Positions 19,169 to 26,982 of a DNA stretch of 47,275 nucleotides are shown here, piece after piece. The notes under the pieces were generated by a model, which was given only the letters and a program-made list of their open reading frames with translations, made no database searches and was not told where the DNA came from. The position numbers and the translations under genes are program-made. The stretch comes from a virus (taxonomy: Duplodnaviria; Caudoviricetes): IMG/VR virus record IMGVR_UViG_3300027711_000003, positions 1 through 47,275 of that record; one strand, written 5' to 3'. The first letter of the stretch is position 1, and each line of letters opens with the position of its first letter.

Positions 19169-21029
19169 TTTCGCAACCGCCTGCTCCGCAAGCAACTTCA
19201 CCTGCAAGATCAGTGTTATCTGTCTCTTCATGGACCTGGGTAAGGTCTACGCTATGAAGATGCTTAGACATTTCAAAGAACTTATCTTCGGTAATGTCCT
19301 CGAAGGGAGCCTGGGCGTAGGTGCCTCCATTGTATGGGAGAACTGAGATGCCGTTGTATTCATCCCGGTGATCCCACATCCACTGGGACAGGTCATGCCA
19401 CTCATCGTCTTTGACTGAAATAGTGCAGGAGACGTTGTGCGAGTTCTTACCCTTACGGTGCCCAGTGCGAACCCACTCGTTATTGAAACGAGAGACACGA
19501 TCAAGAAGGTCTTGCATGGTCTCTGTCCTGACGATACTGAACTCAGGGGCACGTTGCGGCACGCTGATAACAGCCATGCTGTCCGGGCGAAACGCTTCGT
19601 CCTCTACCAGCTCAGGGTGGTTCTCAGCCAGGTACTCGTAGATGGCCTCGTTCTTTCCGACACGCATACGGCGGATGTAGTATTCGTTGTGCCATGCGTG
19701 AATCCCGCTTGAGCTGCCTGCAACCAGAGAACTGGTGCCACTGGGCTTGACGGTAGTGGTACGAGCAGCAGGATTGATCCCGAGCTTCTTGGCAATCTTG
19801 GCGTTCTCTTCCTTCACGATCTGAGCTGCACGCTCAAGGTCAAGGCCAAGGACTGCACCGCTGGCGATACCAGTCATGCCTACACCGATGAGGGCATCCT
19901 CTTCGGTAGTCCGCTTCCACTCCGGATTCAGGTAATGGAAGTCGGTGTAGCCTGCCTGGAGGGTGCCGATGAAGGCAGCAGCCCTGGCACGAGCTTCAAG
20001 GTCTTCTTGGTCCTTGATGTCACTGGCGTTGATCTCGGTGAGATTACAGAACTGGTACGGTTGCAGGGCAATCTCGCAACAGGGGTTGGTGCCCCAGTCA
20101 AGGTCGCTGGTCCAGTACACACCAGGCTCACCTGCACCGCTGGCCTCTACAGCCTGCATGAGTTCAAAGAACTCTTCCCGAGAAACCTCACCACGAGGGA
20201 GAACAGAGGAGTTGTTGGCACGACCGCGCTGAGGGTTATCTTCCCACCAGGCACCTGCCTTGGCGTTCAGCATCTCCTCATCATCCCGGTCGAACAGGCA
20301 GATAAGAGCAGCTCGACGAATACCACCAGCAAGCACGGCGTCAGCGATGAAGCACTGCATGTCATGCACTTCGATAGGAGTCAGCTTAGTGCCTCGGCCT
20401 CTTGCCTTCAATGCCTCTTCCAGAAGACGCTCCAGATTGAACAGGCACTCACGGAGAGGATCAGGACCAGGAGCTTTGCCACCGGAAGTAATCAGCTCTG
20501 CACCCTTAGGGCGGATGTCGCTGAAGTCAAAGACAGGCTTGATCTTGCCGTAGAAGTACGCCTCGACCAGAACCTTCACCGCATCAGACCAGCCCTCAAT
20601 ACTATCACCGACAAGGAACCTTCGCTCCCGGTAGTCAGGGCCAAGCAGGGGAGGCAGCTTATCTACATGACGCCTCTGTACACTGTACCCTGCACCTGAG
20701 CCACCAAGCAGGAGGAACATGGTCTCTTGGAAAGCACTGGTCTTCTCAACAGGAAGATAAGCACAGTTAAAGATACGGTTGGGAGCCTTCTTAATAGGAC
20801 TGCCGCCGAACTGAAGAGAGCGCATGGAAGGCAGAACCTTCTTGGGAATCACGTAGTCCATGTACGCATTGAAAATCTCCAGAGAAAGCTCCGGATATTT
20901 CTCTACGTGCATGTTAATGTTACGCCATACAATCTCCTCCCATGTTTCACGGCGGCCCTTCTCAGGTACGAACTTAGCGTACTTGGTGAACACCGTGATG
21001 TCGCTAAGAATCTCTGTTGCCTTGTCCAA
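19161..21029 (-). CDS. nrdJ: Class II (adenosylcobalamin-dependent) ribonucleotide reductase
   Basis: FNCAY, GGIRRAALI, TNPCCEI, FCNLTE and TTVKPSGT motifs, with C-terminal CGAGGC. No beta subunit gene. Probable TTG start at 21029 after AGGAG. Confidence 0.9.
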   Translation of the reverse strand: MDKATEILSDITVFTKYAKFVPEKGRRETWEEIVWRNINMHVEKYPELSLEIFNAYMDYVIPKKVLPSMRSLQFGGSPIKKAPNRIFNCAYLPVEKTSAFQETMFLLLGGSGAGYSVQRRHVDKLPPLLGPDYRERRFLVGDSIEGWSDAVKVLVEAYFYGKIKPVFDFSDIRPKGAELITSGGKAPGPDPLRECLFNLERLLEEALKARGRGTKLTPIEVHDMQCFIADAVLAGGIRRAALICLFDRDDEEMLNAKAGAWWEDNPQRGRANNSSVLPRGEVSREEFFELMQAVEASGAGEPGVYWTSDLDWGTNPCCEIALQPYQFCNLTEINASDIKDQEDLEARARAAAFIGTLQAGYTDFHYLNPEWKRTTEEDALIGVGMTGIASGAVLGLDLERAAQIVKEENAKIAKKLGINPAARTTTVKPSGTSSLVAGSSSGIHAWHNEYYIRRMRVGKNEAIYEYLAENHPELVEDEAFRPDSMAVISVPQRAPEFSIVRTETMQDLLDRVSRFNNEWVRTGHRKGKNSHNVSCTISVKDDEWHDLSQWMWDHRDEYNGISVLPYNGGTYAQAPFEDITEDKFFEMSKHLHSVDLTQVHEETDNTDLAGEVACGAGGCEIN

Positions 21030-21030
21030 T

Positions 21031-21342
21031 TCAGTCTCCTTCTTTAACGAAGACTCCGTTCTGCATGGAGCCTTTTCTTTTGGTAATCTTATTAAGGGCA
21101 AGCTCCAGGCACTCGGCAAGAGTAGTACCCTGCATCTTTGCTTGAATGCTGAGAGTGACTAGGACATCCCCTAGTTCCATCTTGATGGCTTCTTTGTCAT
21201 TCACCCAGATGATCTCTTCAACCAGCTCATCCAGTTCTTCCTGTGTCTTACCGATCTGGTCTACAGGTGTAGACTTCTCGAAGATGCCTTTCTGCTCCGC
21301 CCAGTCAATCACGCCCTGTTCTAGTTGATCTACGGTGGCCAT
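21031..21342 (-). CDS. MazG-like nucleotide pyrophosphohydrolase
   Basis: KTQEELDEL...ELGDVLVTL...KITKRKG.M.NGVFVKE pattern. Confidence 0.82.
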   Translation of the reverse strand: MATVDQLEQGVIDWAEQKGIFEKSTPVDQIGKTQEELDELVEEIIWVNDKEAIKMELGDVLVTLSIQAKMQGTTLAECLELALNKITKRKGSMQNGVFVKEGD

Positions 21343-21446
21343 TACAATCCTCCTACTAATCCGATTAAAGCAAAACTAGCCACCACAAAAGTGATGGCTA
21401 TAACATTGAGAACGAAGTCCTTAAAAGTCAGGGGTGTCTTTGTCAT
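21342..21446 (-). CDS. Small membrane protein (34 aa)
   Basis: MTKTPLTFKDFVLNVIAITFVVASFALIGLVGGL, with GGAG RBS. Stop overlaps the MazG start. Confidence 0.6.
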   Translation of the reverse strand: MTKTPLTFKDFVLNVIAITFVVASFALIGLVGGL

Positions 21447-22353
21447 GACGGATTTCTCCGACTTTGGGAAGCCTGACCTTCCCTTTGCTGGAGTCTTGCA
21501 GACCGTACACGGTGAAGATTTTGCCGAGAGGGTTTCCAGGAGCTGCACCGGCATCCCCATGGATTGCTTTAAACATACCCTCTGCATCCTCATGAGTGTA
21601 GCTCTTTCCCAGCATGGCCTTGATAGTCTGGCCGTCTTTCCACTGGAAGACTAAGTTAGCAACCTTGCCGGCGTACTTACCTTTGCCTTCCTCATAGTCA
21701 ACACAAAGCAGGTCGTACTCTACCCTGCGTACACGCTTCATTGCGTGCCACCCTTTATGCCCTGCTACCCACCCTGCTTCTTGTTTGAAGACAGCACCCT
21801 CTTCACCACTCTCGATGCATAGTTGTGCAAAAGACTCAGCAGAAGCATGGGAGTCAACAGTACAAGTGCGGACAACAGGAAGGCCGCTAAGGATAGTATC
21901 ACGCAGACGATCAGCATAAGGACGACTGCTCTTTCCAGCAACGAACTCCGGGGTTGATAAGTAGTCATGGAACCAGAACTCTCTTTGGGCGAACCAATAC
22001 TCAGACAACTCAGGGTCGAGAGTCTTGGTACGGTTGGGGTTGACGATACCGCTCAGGGCTTCAAGGGACTTGCCAGGAAGGCAGACCTCACCAATGTACA
22101 CCCCGTCCTTCAGGGTGCAAGGGTCAATGAACCCATCGCAATTGGACAAAGCCTTACCAGTCCTTCCGAATACCTTGGCCTGATTCTGGGTTACTACGAG
22201 GAGGCCATAAACACCATCCTTCTTAACCTGAGCAGTCAGAGGGTACTTGATCTTCTTATCAGGAACCTCTTCAAAGTTCTTTACGAGCTGGACAACTTTG
22301 CCACTAGGGCGGTGCGAGGCCGGGAGGCCAAGGTACTCGAACACGTTCATCAT
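21421..22353 (-). CDS. ATP-dependent DNA ligase
   Basis: Motif I QVKKDG, plus YIGEV, EEGAVFK and MKRV, and C-terminal RLPK...RHDK. Confidence 0.92.
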   Translation of the reverse strand: MMNVFEYLGLPASHRPSGKVVQLVKNFEEVPDKKIKYPLTAQVKKDGVYGLLVVTQNQAKVFGRTGKALSNCDGFIDPCTLKDGVYIGEVCLPGKSLEALSGIVNPNRTKTLDPELSEYWFAQREFWFHDYLSTPEFVAGKSSRPYADRLRDTILSGLPVVRTCTVDSHASAESFAQLCIESGEEGAVFKQEAGWVAGHKGWHAMKRVRRVEYDLLCVDYEEGKGKYAGKVANLVFQWKDGQTIKAMLGKSYTHEDAEGMFKAIHGDAGAAPGNPLGKIFTVYGLQDSSKGKVRLPKVGEIRHDKDTPDF

Positions 22354-22586
22354 TGACTCCACTTGGTCAGCCTTTCGATCTCTGCCTCAGCATAGAACTT
22401 AATCTTCTTTGCATCCCGAAGCATCTCGGAATGCTCTACCTCACCATAACGATAGCAGGCACGGAAAATCTCTGCGATCTGTCCGTTCATGTTCTTGTGA
22501 GAGATAAGGTGCTGAAGCTCCTTTGCATTGCGAGGTAGCTTGTAGTAATCCGCAGAGCTGCCATCGCTCTTGATCTTCTGAGTCAC
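22350..22586 (-). CDS. Conserved phage protein (DUF3310-like, possible nucleotide kinase)
   Basis: IFRACYRYG...RDAKKIKFY resembles the DUF3310 pattern. GTG start with GGAGGAG RBS. Confidence 0.5.
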   Translation of the reverse strand: MTQKIKSDGSSADYYKLPRNAKELQHLISHKNMNGQIAEIFRACYRYGEVEHSEMLRDAKKIKFYAEAEIERLTKWSQ

Positions 22587-22957
22587 TTACTCCTCCTGGC
22601 TCTGGCCTTCTTGTTCCTAAGCTCTCTCTTCTGAGCCTCGGTCTTGAAAGTGTTGTGCAGGTAGTCTGTCTGAGGGATTTTGTGTAGGTGCAGGTAGGCA
22701 ACCAAGTTGTCCAGCCACTGAAGGACAGTCAAATCCTTCTTGAACCGGGTAGCTAGGTTGATGATCTTTCCTTCTGACCCATTACAGCCACGGCACAGAA
22801 CTCCTCGAATAATACCAGTCTTATGATCATGATCTAGGCATACGTTACGAGAGTCGATGCGTCTTAGGTCTACCTTACAGACAGCGCATCTGTACTCCTG
22901 TTCCTTTACAAGCTCTGCCTTGACTTCCTTAATCCGCTTGGGTGTTAGCTTCTCCAT
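22583..22957 (-). CDS. Recombination endonuclease VII
   Basis: CAVC...LDHDHKTGIIRGVLCRGCN..EG motif. Confidence 0.92.
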   Translation of the reverse strand: MEKLTPKRIKEVKAELVKEQEYRCAVCKVDLRRIDSRNVCLDHDHKTGIIRGVLCRGCNGSEGKIINLATRFKKDLTVLQWLDNLVAYLHLHKIPQTDYLHNTFKTEAQKRELRNKKARARRSK

Positions 22958-24126
22958 AGTTCCACCTCATCTCCTCTTGGACAGTAGATGTCCTCTCTCC
23001 ACAACTCTCCTGGGTACTGTTGCATCCAGGCGAGCCTACCTTGCTCGACGAGCATTTGTTCAGGAGTGAGAGAACAGCTACCACCGCGATGATTAGGAGC
23101 CATGTAGCTTGTGCCGTATACTTTAGCATACTCTTGCAATACTGCATCGTATAGTTCTTCCTCGGTTTCGCATTCATTTAGAACGTCGAAAGCCCGAGTC
23201 ATGCCTACCCGAGGACAACCAGGGTAGTTATCTGCATCATCCCCCGTCAATAACTGGGCATAGAAGAACTTCAATCCAGCGCCTCTCAGCTTATAAACGA
23301 ACTGAGACTCCCGCTTACCTACCTTAACCCTCTTCTTCTTGGCTGTTCCTTTCTTGGCTCCACGTTTGAACAACTCAGGGTCACAAGGAGCCTGGCCACT
23401 GTAAGTAATGCAGTCTTCATGACGCTCATCGTGGTACTTACAGAGGACACGGTACTCGTAGTCGTTAACCTCCCGAGTTTTGTAGACAGGATCGAGCCAT
23501 CCTAGTACGTTCACCCACACCCTCTCTTTCTTCTGAGGGTCGTAATGCCATCCTGGGCTGATACGCAAGTCCTTGTCAGTAGACACAGCGATGCAGTCAC
23601 TGAACTTCTTATGCGTATCTGAACCGATCTCAGCTCCTTGGTCCTCTAGTTCTTTATTCCTTCGTGTCATCTCGATGATAATAAGATCATCAGCCTCGCA
23701 GTCAGTGGCGACTACCGCATGATGCTTTTGGACGAGATGCTTACGTAAGGCATAGAAGAACGGAGGTTTCTCAGGTGGCCTGGTCCCTTTGTAAACCCTG
23801 GTGAATGCAACACCGAGCCGGAAGTTGCCAGGGGAATCTGTGATGTACAGTCTCGCAGAGTCTGCACCTGCACCTTCCACCCAACTGTTGACCAGCCAAT
23901 CAAGATGGTCAGCAGCATCTTCGAACTCAGGTGTCTCCTCTAGGGAACTACACTCGTGCGTTTCCACACGTAGAAGAGCCTTTGCGTAACTAGCTTCTTC
24001 CGTGGTGAAACCCACGACATAAGGGAATAGATCAGCATCCACCAGTGCAGTGAAACTGCCATCCTTAGGCCATAGCTTGTAGGACTTCGGTTTCTCATAC
24101 AGGGTTTCTCCCATGTCAAATGCCAT
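22945..24126 (-). CDS. 5'-3' exonuclease (gp6-like)
   Basis: LVDAD, YKGTR, EADD, DKDL and QLLTGD.ADNYPG motifs. Confidence 0.9.
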   Translation of the reverse strand: MAFDMGETLYEKPKSYKLWPKDGSFTALVDADLFPYVVGFTTEEASYAKALLRVETHECSSLEETPEFEDAADHLDWLVNSWVEGAGADSARLYITDSPGNFRLGVAFTRVYKGTRPPEKPPFFYALRKHLVQKHHAVVATDCEADDLIIIEMTRRNKELEDQGAEIGSDTHKKFSDCIAVSTDKDLRISPGWHYDPQKKERVWVNVLGWLDPVYKTREVNDYEYRVLCKYHDERHEDCITYSGQAPCDPELFKRGAKKGTAKKKRVKVGKRESQFVYKLRGAGLKFFYAQLLTGDDADNYPGCPRVGMTRAFDVLNECETEEELYDAVLQEYAKVYGTSYMAPNHRGGSCSLTPEQMLVEQGRLAWMQQYPGELWREDIYCPRGDEVELWRS

Positions 24127-24141
24127 AGAACCTCCCTAAGC

Positions 24142-24170
24142 AAAATAAGCCCCGCCGTAATGGCAGGGCT
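24142..24170 (-). terminator. Rho-independent terminator
   Basis: Minus strand reads AGCCCTGCC-ATTAC-GGCGGGGCT-TATTTT. Confidence 0.75.
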
Positions 24171-24187
24171 ACAGAATCCAGGGAGGC

Positions 24188-24493
24188 TTACTCGCCCTTG
24201 GCTTCCTTCAGCTTGGCATCAGCCTTAGCTTTGGCCTCGACGCGAGCGGCACGCTCTTCCTCGGTCAGCTCGGGCTTACCGGCGTCGATCCAATCCAGGT
24301 ACTCACCGATCAGGTTAGCCTTGGTGCGGGCACCGCGCTCGGAGAGTTCCGGGTACTGTGCGGCCACGAAAGCGAGACCAGTCTGGACGTTCTCCAGGGC
24401 AGCGATGGCAGCTTCAGCAGCTTCCAGGCTCTTGTAGGTCTTGCCGTCAACGACGTAGGATTCGTGGGTCACAGTTTCGATTGCAATAGACAT
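24188..24493 (-). CDS. Hypothetical protein (own promoter and terminator)
   Basis: 101 aa, Ala/Glu/Lys-rich, with AAGGAG RBS. Confidence 0.8.
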   Translation of the reverse strand: MSIAIETVTHESYVVDGKTYKSLEAAEAAIAALENVQTGLAFVAAQYPELSERGARTKANLIGEYLDWIDAGKPELTEEERAARVEAKAKADAKLKEAKGE

Positions 24494-24533
24494 TAGTGTC
24501 TCCTTCTTTTGGTTTAATAAACAGGTCGGTGTT

Positions 24534-24554
24534 TCTCTTATAGTGGGTACAAAT
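24534..24554 (-). promoter_or_regulatory. Phage RNAP promoter
   Basis: ATTTGTACCCACTATAAGAGA. Confidence 0.85.
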
Positions 24555-24576
24555 TACCCTGTGAATACCCTTAGAT

Positions 24577-24652
24577 TGGCCTCCCCGGTAGGACTCGAAC
24601 CTACAACCTACAGCTTAGAAGGCTGTTGCTCTATCCATTGAGCTACGAGGAG
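24577..24652 (-). tRNA. tRNA-Arg(UCU)
   Basis: Cloverleaf with acceptor CTCCTCG/CGGGGAG, anticodon arm ACAGC-CTTCTAA-GCTGT, T arm GTAGG-TTCGAGT-CCTAC and encoded CCA. Confidence 0.93.
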
Positions 24653-24653
24653 G

Positions 24654-24729
<76 letters not shown>

Positions 24730-24912
24730 TCTAAAGGCACTCACAGGGTATCCCTCCGAAGAGGGAGCCCTGGCCCCGTGAGCCGATTTGCGCTTCACTG
24801 CCTACATTGGCGGCAGGATAGGCTGTGCTTCTCCGAGGTCTTGAGGGTGGCCAGCCCATTTCATTAAGGCGCAGTGCGTAACGAGAGCCACCTCGCAAGT
24901 GGCACTGCTTTG

Positions 24913-25662
24913 TTAGCTGAAGTCCTCACTCTCATCGAGGTCTTCACGTTGTTGCTCAGGCGGTGCCTGGGCGTCCCCTTCTTCCTTGCTGTCGTCCTTC
25001 TGCTTGCGAGTACCGAACTCAGGCTCCTTCTCTCGGATGCCTTCAAGTACCTCCTCAACACGAGAGCCAGGGAAGTTCACAGACTTCTCAACCTTGGTGT
25101 AAATCTCGAACGGAGGGATAGCACGAAGAGCCTCTTCAGTCATGGCAGCATGAGTCACATGCCCAATCGGCTCACCTTCAAGTTCCTCTGTCAGCTTGGC
25201 CAGCTTGGTAGGCATCTTACTGACCTCGGTTGCATTGGTGTACTTAGGATCACCGTTGTCATCCTTCTCCTTGCTGCCCTTCATGTCGATAAGAACAGGA
25301 CGACCAATCAGGTCATCGAACCCTCCTTCAAGAACACCCGCTTCGTACTGACGGTACTCCTCAGTAGTGAGCAGAGCCTTCATGAACTTGGTAAGGAAAG
25401 CACGGTCGCCTTTCTTGAGCGGGAAACTCTTGTGAACAACGATAGGAGTACCATCGTCATTGACACCACCACCCTCTTCACCTGACTTCAGCTCGAACAG
25501 GGCACACACAAAAGGTGCTGCCGGTTTCTTCTTACCACCAAAGGTGTCCTCGTACATACCGAGATGAACGATACCGAGGAGGCGTGCCTCATGCTGGCCA
25601 ACCTGGGCCTGCTTAATTGAGGAACCACCACCTACCGGGCTTTCACCAAAATCAAAACTCAT
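24913..25662 (-). CDS. Putative ssDNA-binding/replication accessory protein
   Basis: 249 aa with a strongly acidic C-tail ending in an aromatic residue (DLDESEDFS). Has its own promoter in the replication module. Confidence 0.5.
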   Translation of the reverse strand: MSFDFGESPVGGGSSIKQAQVGQHEARLLGIVHLGMYEDTFGGKKKPAAPFVCALFELKSGEEGGGVNDDGTPIVVHKSFPLKKGDRAFLTKFMKALLTTEEYRQYEAGVLEGGFDDLIGRPVLIDMKGSKEKDDNGDPKYTNATEVSKMPTKLAKLTEELEGEPIGHVTHAAMTEEALRAIPPFEIYTKVEKSVNFPGSRVEEVLEGIREKEPEFGTRKQKDDSKEEGDAQAPPEQQREDLDESEDFS

Positions 25663-25679
25663 TGCTGTCTCCTTTGTCT

Positions 25680-25700
25680 TCTCTTATAGTGGCTGATATT
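25680..25700 (-). promoter_or_regulatory. Phage RNAP promoter with adjacent palindrome (25704-25719)
   Basis: AATATCAGCCACTATAAGAGA. Confidence 0.85.
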
Positions 25701-25719
25701 AAGGTCTACAACTGTAGAC

Positions 25720-26004
25720 TCAAATCAGCTCGATCTCTTTAAGTTTGCGGTCATCTTCTTGCATCTTCAGAGAGCAATCGTTCTCCGCCTCTGAGCACGA
25801 CTGCTGTATTCTACGAAGCGACTCATGGTGACGGGCCACCTCGCGATCCCAAGCCTCCTGGCGGGCCTGTAGGGCCTTGTCGCGGGCCTCCGACAGCTTG
25901 TCCTTGTGACGCTCCAGCCGCTCGATGGCCACAGCCTTGAGCCGGAAGGCGACACCCTCGATGAAGGCGGCGAAGGCGATGAGCGCCTTGATGAGTACCT
26001 GCAT
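25720..26004 (-). CDS. Hypothetical protein (hydrophobic N-terminus plus coiled coil)
   Basis: 94 aa, TAATG overlap with the thyX stop. Confidence 0.7.
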   Translation of the reverse strand: MQVLIKALIAFAAFIEGVAFRLKAVAIERLERHKDKLSEARDKALQARQEAWDREVARHHESLRRIQQSCSEAENDCSLKMQEDDRKLKEIELI

Positions 26005-26756
26005 TACTTAACTCCTTTGGTGAGTGCAGCCCAACTGATAGGATACAGGGGCTGGATAATACGACCGACCTCGAAGGCCAGCTCTCGAATCTCTTGCTGT
26101 GCATGAGGGTCCATGCGCTGTGAATAGAACCGGGAGAACGCAGCCAGGCTGCCAGTCCAGTACCACTCAACCTCTACCCCTTGGGGCAGGATGAATCGTG
26201 CCTGCTCAGGTGCTACACCGTCTTGGATCATCCCCTCATAAATACTGATAGCCTCATTGCAAAGATTACGGTACATCACCTTCCAATAGTCAGAGTGGGT
26301 ATGCTTCCCTCCGCTACCCTGTTTGGCATTCTCAGGTGCAGACCGGAACTCATCAGGTATGAACAACTTAGGTGTACTCTTGATATACCGTCGGCTCTCC
26401 TCGTTCTCAACGAAACCTGACTTGTGCTTAAAGCACTGAGTCCGGATGGGGACAGGAGCCTGCATCACCACGGTAATCTGAGGGTGTGCAAAAGGAGTCC
26501 AGTGACCATGCTCTGCAAGGAACTGGATCAGGCCGAAGTCCTCGACACTGAGGATTCTATGCCCGATCTTGTCATCCCATGTCGCCTGTGTCTTTAGTGC
26601 CCAGTCACGGTACAGATCCCATGCCTGGTAGTGCCGGCTGTTGTAGTTCGGCACGTATTCTCCGTCAACGTACCAGCTCTCCTTAGCAAAGGAAACTCGG
26701 GCTGCATCTACGACCAGTAGGTCATCGCCCATGTGCGTCTTGTAACGCGCTTTCAT
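26004..26756 (-). CDS. thyX: Flavin-dependent thymidylate synthase
   Basis: VDAARVSF, HWTPFAH, KHKSGFVENEESRRY, EQARFILP and HAQQEIR motifs. Confidence 0.92.
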   Translation of the reverse strand: MKARYKTHMGDDLLVVDAARVSFAKESWYVDGEYVPNYNSRHYQAWDLYRDWALKTQATWDDKIGHRILSVEDFGLIQFLAEHGHWTPFAHPQITVVMQAPVPIRTQCFKHKSGFVENEESRRYIKSTPKLFIPDEFRSAPENAKQGSGGKHTHSDYWKVMYRNLCNEAISIYEGMIQDGVAPEQARFILPQGVEVEWYWTGSLAAFSRFYSQRMDPHAQQEIRELAFEVGRIIQPLYPISWAALTKGVK

Positions 26757-26890
26757 AGAAGTCTCTCCATAATCTCTTCACGTTCATCGTCGGTCATGTA
26801 AGCCCAGTTCTGAATCTCTTCGAGTGTTCGATCACAACCTTGGCACACTCCGTCTTCCACCTGGCATAACCCTACGCAAGGACTTGTCAT
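26753..26890 (-). CDS. DUF1289-like small Cys protein
   Basis: SPCVGLC...CQGCDRTLEEI..W..M...ER..I. AGGAG RBS. An upstream in-frame TTG start is also possible. Confidence 0.75.
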   Translation of the reverse strand: MTSPCVGLCQVEDGVCQGCDRTLEEIQNWAYMTDDEREEIMERLL

Positions 26891-26902
26891 CTGCATCTCC
26901 TG

Positions 26903-26931
26903 AAAAGAGAGGGCGTCAGGTAACACCCTCT
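26903..26931 (-). terminator. Terminator-like hairpin after DNA polymerase
   Basis: Minus strand reads AGAGGGTGTT-ACCT-GACGCCCTCT-CTTTT. Confidence 0.5.
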
Positions 26932-26982
26932 GATTGATAGGTGGCAGGTTCAAGTCCGTCCACTTAATACGCAAGGCACCTC

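Noticed and set aside
24767-24912. Hammerhead or HDV/theta ribozyme next to the tRNAs
   Set aside because: No CUGANGA/GAAA core or complete HDV double pseudoknot could be built by eye. Kept only as an unassigned structured-RNA candidate.
26935-26965. Plus-strand GGTTCAAGTCC T-loop-like motif
   Set aside because: The T stem is mismatched, there is no D arm, anticodon arm or acceptor stem, and it is on the wrong strand.
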